Shown: positions 57,067 to 64,000 of the stretch, in pieces | Position numbering within the stretch: position 1 is the first letter of the stretch | Layout of the letters: the number at the start of each line of letters is the position of its first letter | DNA from: a virus | DNA length: 64,000 nt | Virus record (IMG/VR): IMGVR_UViG_3300016472_001104 | Span: 1-64,000 of that record | Direction: 5' to 3' (one strand) | Position numbers and translations under genes: made by a program | Notes under the pieces: generated by a model | Told to the model about the DNA's origin: nothing | The model's input: the letters and a program-made list of their open reading frames with translations, nothing else | Databases searched by the model: none

Positions 57067-57426
57067 ATGTTATCCAGATACTATGATACTATTCGTACGC
57101 CGATGTTCGATCTCATCGACCCATTGAGAGTTTTTTCTGACCTTGAAACAACTTCGTTACGTCATCGATCAGATACGATAGATGATGAAGGTATCAAAAT
57201 AGAACTTCCAGGTGTAAAAGCTGAGGATGTTGAGGTGACACTTGATGGCAGGTCATTGAAAGTTTCAGGAAAAACACGACATGGTAGGGAATTTAGTTAT
57301 TCTTACTCCTTAAAACCAAGTGTTGATGATTCTGCCGTCACAGCCAGCCTTAAGGACGGTCTTCTATCAATTTCTTTGCCCCTGAAACAAGAAAGCACTT
57401 CAAGAAAAATTCAAATCATTTCTTAA
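57067..57426 (+). CDS. Small heat-shock protein (Hsp20, alpha-crystallin)
   Basis: ELPGVK.EDVEV......LKVSG, F......P..VD...VTASLKDGLLSISLP, RKIQI. Confidence 0.92.
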   Translation: MLSRYYDTIRTPMFDLIDPLRVFSDLETTSLRHRSDTIDDEGIKIELPGVKAEDVEVTLDGRSLKVSGKTRHGREFSYSYSLKPSVDDSAVTASLKDGLLSISLPLKQESTSRKIQIIS

Positions 57427-57455
57427 TTTTTAAAATTTAAAGCGTTCAAAAAGAT

Positions 57456-57490
57456 AAGGCCCTTCCTCAACGGTTGGGCCTTTTTGTTTT
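57456..57490 (+). terminator. Intrinsic terminator after hsp20
   Basis: AAGGCCC...GGGCCTT followed by TTTGTTTT. Confidence 0.65.
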
Positions 57491-57497
57491 GTTGATT

Positions 57498-57505
57498 ATA
57501 GTTAT
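57498..57505 (+). promoter_or_regulatory. ATANTTAW putative late promoter
   Basis: ATAGTTAT immediately after the terminator, upstream of ATG 57532. Confidence 0.5.
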
Positions 57506-57531
57506 TGTTACACGTTAATACAGGTGTATTT

Positions 57532-58035
57532 ATGAAAATCACTAAGACACAGTTACAGACAATAATCCGTGAAGAGTACGTCAAGGTATTGTTTGAATCA
57601 CAGGGCAAAAAGATTTCTCAATCCCAGGCAAAGATCTTGGCTGAGAATCTTGAAGAAGGAATTTGGGATTCAATTGGAAAAGGAATCGAAGCCTATAAGT
57701 CATCTAGGGCTGAAGAAAAATCAGCTCAACAAATACAGAAGAATAAAAGCGCAGTTGAAAAAACTAAAAAAGATTTAAGACGCAACATTGGTACGATTCG
57801 CGAGCAAGCAAAAGACATACTACGAAAACACGGATTTGTAGGCCCTAACGAAACCGGAGTTTATCTTTTTGAGGATGCTGCATTAGAAATTTTAGGATTT
57901 AATGAAGACCTGAAAAGGGAAGCTCTTGGTCTATTAAGGGGTAGTAGAAAATTGCCTTCAAAGGACGAGTCTGGAGCTGAAGTTGAATCTGGCGGGTATC
58001 AACCCGGTATGGGAATGTTTGGATCAAGACGATAA
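57532..58035 (+). CDS. Hypothetical protein with MKITKTQLQTIIREE leader (putative head-internal protein)
   Basis: AGGTG SD; leader motif; LFES and NLEEGIWD. Confidence 0.75.
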   Translation: MKITKTQLQTIIREEYVKVLFESQGKKISQSQAKILAENLEEGIWDSIGKGIEAYKSSRAEEKSAQQIQKNKSAVEKTKKDLRRNIGTIREQAKDILRKHGFVGPNETGVYLFEDAALEILGFNEDLKREALGLLRGSRKLPSKDESGAEVESGGYQPGMGMFGSRR

Positions 58036-58058
58036 CAAAATTTTAAGTAAAGATACTT

Positions 58059-58088
58059 GCAACGCTTTTACTCATGTAAAAGCGTTGT
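58059..58088 (+). terminator. Hairpin, probable terminator
   Basis: GCAACGCTTTTAC-TCAT-GTAAAAGCGTTGT. Confidence 0.6.
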
Positions 58089-58111
58089 GTTGTTTATAAT
58101 ATCTAAAAATC

Positions 58112-58531
58112 ATGACTGACGAAGAAGATCTTCAACTATGTCAAAAATATCCAAAGATCTTTAAACATCGCAATGAATCTATTATGGAAACATGCATGGC
58201 ATGGGGTTTTGAGTGTGGATCTGGATGGTATAACATCATTGATACACTATGTTATCAAATTCAACAACATGTTGACTGGAAATCTAAGAATCTTTCAGAA
58301 GAAGAAAAAGAATCTTTTCAAGTCATTGCCGATCAAGTGAAAGAAAAGTTTGGAACGCTTAGGTTCTATTATCACGGTGGTGATGATTTTGTCGAAGGTC
58401 TTGTTAACATGGCCGAATCAATGTCATCATTGACATGCGAAAGGTGTGGATCTCCAGGTATAAAAAGAACCAAGGGATGGATTGTTACGTTGTGTGATTC
58501 TTGCAATGATAAAAAGGAAATTCAAGGATGA
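58112..58531 (+). CDS. Conserved phage hypothetical protein
   Basis: GFECGSGW, QVKEKFGTLRFY, CERCG.PG...GW..TLC..C. Confidence 0.75.
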   Translation: MTDEEDLQLCQKYPKIFKHRNESIMETCMAWGFECGSGWYNIIDTLCYQIQQHVDWKSKNLSEEEKESFQVIADQVKEKFGTLRFYYHGGDDFVEGLVNMAESMSSLTCERCGSPGIKRTKGWIVTLCDSCNDKKEIQG

Positions 58532-59361
58532 AATTAGCGTGGGCAACGGATCTACACCTTGACATGGCTGGTGACTTATTGGGAAAAATCAACCAGCTTT
58601 CAGTTTCATCAAAGGATTGTGATGCGGTTCTTCTCACTGGTGACATTTCAATTTCAAATTTTGTCGTCCAACATCTTTCAATGTTGGAAACGATGTTAGA
58701 GAAACCCATCTATTTTGTGTTAGGAAATCATGACTACTACGGTTCAAGCTTCAATATCGTTAGAAAAAACGTTGTTGACCTGTGTCGTTCTTCTTCATAC
58801 CTCAGGTACATGACGGCAACACCATACATTAAACTTGGTGATGGCAAATACCTTGTGGGACACGATGGTTGGTATGATGCCCAGAATGGAAATCCTCACG
58901 GTAATTCGATATTCATGAATGATTGGATGCAGATATCGAATTATAATTCAGCACTACGAGGATCGTATGGAGGATTTGGAATCAATAAAAACGTCATCAT
59001 TGACATATCACGTAGGTTGGCTCAGGACTCTGTGAATCACATTGCAAATGCAATTAAGGCCGTGATAAAGAATAGTGAGCACATTGTTGTTATGACACAC
59101 GTTCCTCCTTTTCGTGAATCTTTCAACGCTGCTGACAAATATAAGGGAGTGTCTGTCATGGAAGTCATTCCATGGTACACGTCAAAGATTATGGGTGATA
59201 CGTTGATTGCTGCTGCGAAGGCGTATCCTGGAGTCAAATTTACAGTTCTTTCTGGACACGTTCACAGTCATTATGATGACGATCTTTTGAACAACCTAAA
59301 TGTGAAAGTTGGCCGTGCAATTTATGGGAATCCGCAGTTGGCAAATAAGCTATCAATTTAA
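58528..59361 (+). CDS. Calcineurin-like metallophosphoesterase
   Basis: TDLHL, TGDIS, GNHDYY, THVPP, SGHVH. Confidence 0.9.
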   Translation: MKLAWATDLHLDMAGDLLGKINQLSVSSKDCDAVLLTGDISISNFVVQHLSMLETMLEKPIYFVLGNHDYYGSSFNIVRKNVVDLCRSSSYLRYMTATPYIKLGDGKYLVGHDGWYDAQNGNPHGNSIFMNDWMQISNYNSALRGSYGGFGINKNVIIDISRRLAQDSVNHIANAIKAVIKNSEHIVVMTHVPPFRESFNAADKYKGVSVMEVIPWYTSKIMGDTLIAAAKAYPGVKFTVLSGHVHSHYDDDLLNNLNVKVGRAIYGNPQLANKLSI

Positions 59362-59377
59362 TTATTATCAGGGCGGT

Positions 59378-59908
59378 ATGAAAAGATCGCTGTTATTAAA
59401 CTCAAACGGAGAACCTTTACAATTCATCAGTGAGGTAAGGGCAATCAAATTGATGCTTAGCGGCCGCGCTGATCCTCAAAGCGGGCTTAGTGGAGCACCA
59501 TCATACTGGGATGATGAATACAAAAGTTGTAGCTATAGCTTTAAGCTTCCTGCAGTGTTAAGATTAAAAAGATACATTAGCAGAAAAATAGACAGAAACC
59601 CACCAAGGTTTCAAAAAAGGGTACTATTCAATAGAGATTCTTGGTGTTGTCAGTATTGCGGAATAAACCTTAGCTATTCTGCTATAACCATTGATCATGT
59701 TGTTCCTGTTTGCAAAGGTGGACCAACGACGTGGTTCAACTGTGTTGCAGCTTGCAAACCTTGCAACAGAAAAAAAGGAGGAAAGACGCTTGAAGAATCT
59801 GGGTTGCACCTCTCAAAGAGACCCATAGAACCTTCTGCTCTTCACTTTTGGGACATATCAAAATCATCTGTGTGGCACGATGATTGGACAATGTTTGTAA
59901 ACGTTTAA
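59378..59908 (+). CDS. HNH endonuclease (McrA-like)
   Basis: LLLNS..EPL, PAVLRL..Y, RD..CCQYCG, TIDHVVP...GG..TW.NCVAAC..CN.KKG. Confidence 0.9.
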   Translation: MKRSLLLNSNGEPLQFISEVRAIKLMLSGRADPQSGLSGAPSYWDDEYKSCSYSFKLPAVLRLKRYISRKIDRNPPRFQKRVLFNRDSWCCQYCGINLSYSAITIDHVVPVCKGGPTTWFNCVAACKPCNRKKGGKTLEESGLHLSKRPIEPSALHFWDISKSSVWHDDWTMFVNV

Positions 59909-59946
59909 TATATTAGACATCGTTTACAAAACAGCATTCGTCATAA

Positions 59947-59954
59947 ATAGTTAT
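59947..59954 (+). promoter_or_regulatory. ATANTTAW putative late promoter
   Basis: ATAGTTAT followed by AGGAG, heading the 59973-62681 operon. Confidence 0.5.
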
Positions 59955-59972
59955 GCTAGGAGTTTTTTGCCC

Positions 59973-61052
59973 ATGCGTTTGAAGTTATCTGATCTACAGA
60001 GAGTCGTAAAAGAGACTTTGCACGAAAAAAAACGTAACGACGTTTTTTGTGATGAAATTAAAAAGGCATTTGGTCCGTCTGTCGTCATCAAAGAAGATCT
60101 TGCTTCTCTTGCTGAATCTGCAAACGAGCACTTGGATGTTTTGGAATATAAAGGCCAATTGAACACCGTCAATTTTTCTCAAAAAATTGCAAGGGTCATG
60201 TCGAATCACGAATTGGCCGACGTGCGGAAGCTTGCAGCCAGGTTGTTACCTGAAGGTACGACGTCATCACTTCTCCTTGATAAAAGTGAAAAGGTCAGGT
60301 ATGCAGCGTCAAAAAGGGCATCTGTCACAGAGTTAAAGACTGCGTTAAGGAAGTTTCCTAATGATGTCGTTCTTCGTGAGGCGCTTGAAACTCGCAGGAT
60401 GTCTGAGACAAAAAATGCCTTAGAATCAGCCGCAACAGACGATAAGGTTGACATGTTGAGTGAGGAATGGTACACAAGCGTTGCAAGGAAACTGATACAG
60501 GATTATGGAAGGACGCTTGATACCACATGGAAAAATTCCGCGGTAAAAACATTCTGTTCATCATCAAGATCTGTAACAAGGTTACCCATTGATTCTGAGA
60601 AGCTGTTGGGTAAGATCAATGAACTTCTTGATGAGTATGAAATCAATCGTGCAAAAGAATTGGGCCTGTCGCTGAAGGAAGGTCTAGTGTTAAGCGAAGG
60701 TTTTTCTGACGATGAGGAAGAAGTCGATCCAGTTTTGGAGATGGTTAATGAGGGTTTAACTCCACAGGAATTCATTGATCGCTTTAAAGACGTTGCGAAC
60801 GTAAAGTTTGCAGTGCTACCTCCGTCCATCATGAAATACAAGATCAGGGAAGGTCTTTCATTACAAAAAATTCCAGTTTCATGCACGCTGCCTCACGGTG
60901 GTGCCCCAAGAAGGATTGATGAGGTTGCGTTGGATTCTTTTGTGAAGCATTGGAATGAAAAGCAAAAGATCAAGGGTGAACCATTTAGGATGTCTTGGAC
61001 ACAACATCCTGATTCTCAAGATAAGATCAGCTTTAAGTTGGAGTTGAAGTGA
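59973..61052 (+). CDS. Hypothetical protein with MRLKLSDLQRVVKE leader and HEAT-like repeats
   Basis: Leader motif; DVRKLAAR and KVRYAAS repeats; multiple LxE sites. Confidence 0.7.
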   Translation: MRLKLSDLQRVVKETLHEKKRNDVFCDEIKKAFGPSVVIKEDLASLAESANEHLDVLEYKGQLNTVNFSQKIARVMSNHELADVRKLAARLLPEGTTSSLLLDKSEKVRYAASKRASVTELKTALRKFPNDVVLREALETRRMSETKNALESAATDDKVDMLSEEWYTSVARKLIQDYGRTLDTTWKNSAVKTFCSSSRSVTRLPIDSEKLLGKINELLDEYEINRAKELGLSLKEGLVLSEGFSDDEEEVDPVLEMVNEGLTPQEFIDRFKDVANVKFAVLPPSIMKYKIREGLSLQKIPVSCTLPHGGAPRRIDEVALDSFVKHWNEKQKIKGEPFRMSWTQHPDSQDKISFKLELK

Positions 61053-61612
61053 TGAAAAGAAAAAGACTTTCAGAGTCCGTTGAAATGATTTTGACGGTTG
61101 AACCAAATCTCAATGTTGTTCTTGAGAACATGCTGGCAGAGTGGGGAAACGTTCCGTATCCTCAACTTTCTGTAGCCCTTGTTCACCTGAAGTACCTCTA
61201 TGCACTTCACCAGAATCATCATTGGACTGCAATGGGTGATTCGTATTATGGTGATCATCTTCTATTCCAAAGGTTATATGATGGAATTCTTAAGGAAATT
61301 GACACACTTGCTGAAAAATCGATAGGTCTAGGTTGTGTAGGAAACGTAGATTTGCACCTTCAACACAGTCAATTGCTAAGGTTGGTGACAGGTCAAGGAT
61401 CGGCATCCATGATTCCACAGTCTTCTGATCTTGCAAAAAAATCATTGATGGCCGAGATGAACTTTTTATCTGTCATGAAGCACCTTTGCGATTCTCTCAA
61501 AGAATGTGGATTGATGACACATGGCCTCGACAACCTGCTTGCAGGAATTGAGGATGCACACGAAGGTCACGTATACCTACTAAAACAGAGGATTTCAAGA
61601 TCTCTGGTGTGA
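61049..61612 (+). CDS. Dps/ferritin-like protein
   Basis: HQNHHW...G..YYGDHLLFQRLY....EIDTLAEK, and C-terminal EDAHE.HVYLL. Confidence 0.75.
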   Translation: MMKRKRLSESVEMILTVEPNLNVVLENMLAEWGNVPYPQLSVALVHLKYLYALHQNHHWTAMGDSYYGDHLLFQRLYDGILKEIDTLAEKSIGLGCVGNVDLHLQHSQLLRLVTGQGSASMIPQSSDLAKKSLMAEMNFLSVMKHLCDSLKECGLMTHGLDNLLAGIEDAHEGHVYLLKQRISRSLV

Positions 61613-61620
61613 GGAAAATC

Positions 61621-62073
61621 ATGAGAATTACAACAACACAACTTCGCCAAATTATTAAAGAGGAAGTTACAAAATTACAAGAACAAGTAGAAGATCCAGA
61701 AGATAAAGCATTAACTGATTTTTTGAATGTTGTTAGTGAAAGCTGGAAAAATTCAGAAGTGGGTCGGGTCTCTGGTAGGATTATTTGGGAAGGTCAAGTT
61801 GATGATGCGATTGCCGATTTAAAAGAAAAGATAAAGGAAATTGTTTCTAGCATTTATAATAAACTCGAAAGAGGAAAATACAAACAAGGCCAATTAGACG
61901 TGCTAGGTATATTCAACAATCTATTAAAAAGATTTGGAAAAGTTTCTGTCGATGAATTGTCTTTTGGACTTGGGATGACAACAGATGATCTTATATCATC
62001 TGGTGATTTGGAGTTATCTGGTCTAGAAGTAATAGACGGTTATGTTGTTAAAAAACGAGGAATAAGATTATGA
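61621..62073 (+). CDS. Hypothetical protein with MRITTTQLRQIIKEE leader
   Basis: GAGGA SD; leader motif. Confidence 0.75.
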   Translation: MRITTTQLRQIIKEEVTKLQEQVEDPEDKALTDFLNVVSESWKNSEVGRVSGRIIWEGQVDDAIADLKEKIKEIVSSIYNKLERGKYKQGQLDVLGIFNNLLKRFGKVSVDELSFGLGMTTDDLISSGDLELSGLEVIDGYVVKKRGIRL

Positions 62074-62681
62074 AGATTACAACGCAACAATTACGTCTGA
62101 TTATCAAAGAAGAGCTTGAAAAGCAAACACAAAGTGTGAAAGATCCAAACACTGGTAAAAGCTACGGAATTACCGTTGGAATTTCAGATCCAGTTTCACG
62201 TTCAATTCACCTCAGCTTTGGATCTGCATTTTCAATTACGTTGGCAAAAAAGGATGCGGAGAGATTAATTCAAGAAGTTCAATCAGTTTTGGCTGGGGTA
62301 CCTGATGAAGATGATGAAGATAGACGACGTCATGATCTTTTATCCTATTATGAAAACAGGTATGAAGAAGAAGTTCATGGTAGATCACCTCCCGCAGATG
62401 ACTATGATTTGTTTATTGGACCACCTGAAAAAAGACTATCGATTGAAGAGCTAGAAAAGTTTGTTAATGAATTTGATGAACCAGTTGTTCCCGGTTCTAA
62501 AAAGTCGTCACAACGAACTTCTTTTTCTGAGGATATTCTTTCATCGATCAGAAAAAAACTTGAATCAAAATCTGAACCAACCGGTCGTCGTCTATCAGAA
62601 TCTCATGCACGTATTACCGAAGAAGAGATGAGGGCATGGTTAAGTGGTGACTGGGGATTTGTTTCAGAAGAAAACGAGTGA
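62070..62681 (+). CDS. Hypothetical protein with MKITTQQLRLIIKEE leader
   Basis: Coupled by ATGA overlap; leader motif; acidic. Confidence 0.75.
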   Translation: MKITTQQLRLIIKEELEKQTQSVKDPNTGKSYGITVGISDPVSRSIHLSFGSAFSITLAKKDAERLIQEVQSVLAGVPDEDDEDRRRHDLLSYYENRYEEEVHGRSPPADDYDLFIGPPEKRLSIEELEKFVNEFDEPVVPGSKKSSQRTSFSEDILSSIRKKLESKSEPTGRRLSESHARITEEEMRAWLSGDWGFVSEENE

Positions 62682-62717
62682 TACATCAATACGTTTTTAG
62701 TATATCATTCTTATGAT

Positions 62718-63800
62718 ATGCAAAGAACACTGTGCTTTGATGATGTCCTTCTTGTCCCGCAGTACTCAGACATTGAATCCCGATCCCTTGTAGATTTGTC
62801 AGTACCAGGCTTCGATGAAGAAGTCGCTAAGCTGACTAAATCTCTTCCAGCTTTAACGTGTCCAATTGTTGGTTCTCCAATGGACACTGTCATCGGTCCT
62901 GCCGCCGCGGCGGTTCTCGATGATGTGGGAGGTTTTGCCGTTCTTCACAGATATTGCACTGTCGCTGATTCGGTAAAGATGTACCTTTCTGTCGTAGAAA
63001 AGAGGCGGCAACAAGGAAAAGAAAAAGTAAACGTGATGGTCGCGGTAGGGGCTACGGGAGACTATCTTGAACGTTCCTCTGTACTATATGAAGCGGGTTG
63101 TAGAGCTTTTTGTATCGATGTCGCGCACGGGCATCATGCCTCTGTCAAGGCAGCAATTACTGAAATGCGTTTGAAATTTGGCGATGATATTCACATCATG
63201 ACGGGAAACGTAGCGACGCTCGAGGCGTTCAATGACCTCGCCGACTGGGGATCAAACTCGATCCGCGTCGGTGTCGGTGGAGGGTCCATGTGCTCGACGC
63301 GCATTCGAACAGGCCACGGAATTCCGACGCTTCAATCAGTGATGGACTGTGCAAGGTCTGATCGAGACGTTTACCTCATCGCGGACGGGGGAATTAGAAA
63401 CTCAGGCGACGTAGTTAAAGCCCTCGCTGCCGGAGCAGACATGGTAATGCTTGGTTCGATCCTTGCGGGTCACGAGGAATCTCCCGGTGACCTGGTGGAC
63501 AGCAAAGGGATGGTGTACACCTCTGCACCACCAGGGGTTCCTCTATTCAAGAGGTTTCGTGGAATGGCGTCGAGAGAAGCACAAATGCAGTGGAGGGGTC
63601 GCGTCTCTGTCGTCGAAGGTGAGGCAACGATGGTACCCTACAAAGGGTCGATAAGGAACACTTTGACGGATCTTCTTGAGGGCGTCAGGTCAGGTTTGTC
63701 GTATTCAGGAGCCAGAAAGATTCGCGAGCTCCGATCTAGAGCTCGCTTTGTCACAGTGACGTCTAATGGGGTCATCGAAAATAGACCCCATGGTAAATGA
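62718..63800 (+). CDS. IMPDH/GMP reductase family protein without CBS domains (probably GMP reductase)
   Basis: FDDVLLVP, SPMDTV, IDVAHGH, GNV, GVGGGSMCSTR, IADGGI, GMAS, VEG, GVRSGLSYSG. Confidence 0.9.
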   Translation: MQRTLCFDDVLLVPQYSDIESRSLVDLSVPGFDEEVAKLTKSLPALTCPIVGSPMDTVIGPAAAAVLDDVGGFAVLHRYCTVADSVKMYLSVVEKRRQQGKEKVNVMVAVGATGDYLERSSVLYEAGCRAFCIDVAHGHHASVKAAITEMRLKFGDDIHIMTGNVATLEAFNDLADWGSNSIRVGVGGGSMCSTRIRTGHGIPTLQSVMDCARSDRDVYLIADGGIRNSGDVVKALAAGADMVMLGSILAGHEESPGDLVDSKGMVYTSAPPGVPLFKRFRGMASREAQMQWRGRVSVVEGEATMVPYKGSIRNTLTDLLEGVRSGLSYSGARKIRELRSRARFVTVTSNGVIENRPHGK

Positions 63801-63811
63801 TCCGAATTAAA

Positions 63812-64000
63812 TCATTTTTCTGCAGGCCATTTTCCAGTGGCCTTGTGCATCATCCACGCCGCGGCGGCACCTGGATCGCTGGCCCATCCGGACACTTTTT
63901 TCATCTTTTGTTTGAAAGTCTTTGTTCCTCGAAGTATCTTTTGGGCTGTCTTCTTGCTTGGACCCTTACGTTTCTTTCTTTTCTTTCTTTTCTTTCTTTT
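63812..64000 (-). CDS. C-terminus of a basic protein continuing beyond the window
   Basis: Minus strand reads KRKKRKKRKKRKGPSKKTAQKILRGTKTFKQKMKKVSGWASDPGAAAAWMMHKATGKWPAEK*; includes a 9-bp AAAAGAAAG repeat. Confidence 0.6.
   Translation of the reverse strand, partial: KRKKRKKRKKRKGPSKKTAQKILRGTKTFKQKMKKVSGWASDPGAAAAWMMHKATGKWPAEK

Noticed and set aside
1-64000. Stop-codon reassignment as seen in some jumbo phages
   Set aside because: Genes are full length in the standard code, and TAA, TGA and TAG all end genes at expected positions.
1-64000. CRISPR array, tRNA or rRNA genes, reverse transcriptase or diversity-generating retroelement
   Set aside because: No spaced direct repeats, cloverleafs or RT motifs were recognised by eye, and intergenic gaps are short. 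tRNAscan-SE or Infernal would be needed to exclude small RNAs.

Overview
This window is a segment of an AT-rich jumbo myophage genome with T4-like neck, tail and replication genes, read in the standard code and almost entirely on the + strand. It opens with the end of a three-gene periplasmic cassette of myxobacterial type (CxxCH/DUF1588-DUF1585-like protein, lipoprotein, Tat-exported DUF1501-like protein), then small genes, an M15 endolysin and a divergently transcribed acidic repeat fibre. The tail module follows: gp13/14/15-like, three tandem ~1000-aa sheath paralogs, tube, a probable frameshifted tail-assembly chaperone, tape measure and baseplate. The replication module has a minimal PolA, HD hydrolase, gp32-like SSB, RecA, dUTPase, 5'-3' nuclease, DnaB-like helicase and NrdJ with a Gln-ending HNH intein. 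The right end carries ThyX, Tmk, an S66 peptidase, a dimeric dUTPase-like protein, Hsp20 behind a candidate RNA thermometer, a phosphoesterase, HNH, a Dps-like protein and a GMPR/IMPDH. The most notable signals are unrelated proteins sharing an N-terminal MKIT..LR.II.EE leader (a candidate capsid-targeting and protein-delivery system), a recurring ATANTTAW promoter-like motif, the triplicated sheath and the myxobacterial cassette. No tRNA, rRNA or CRISPR array was recognised. All family calls are by eye from motifs, not from database searches.
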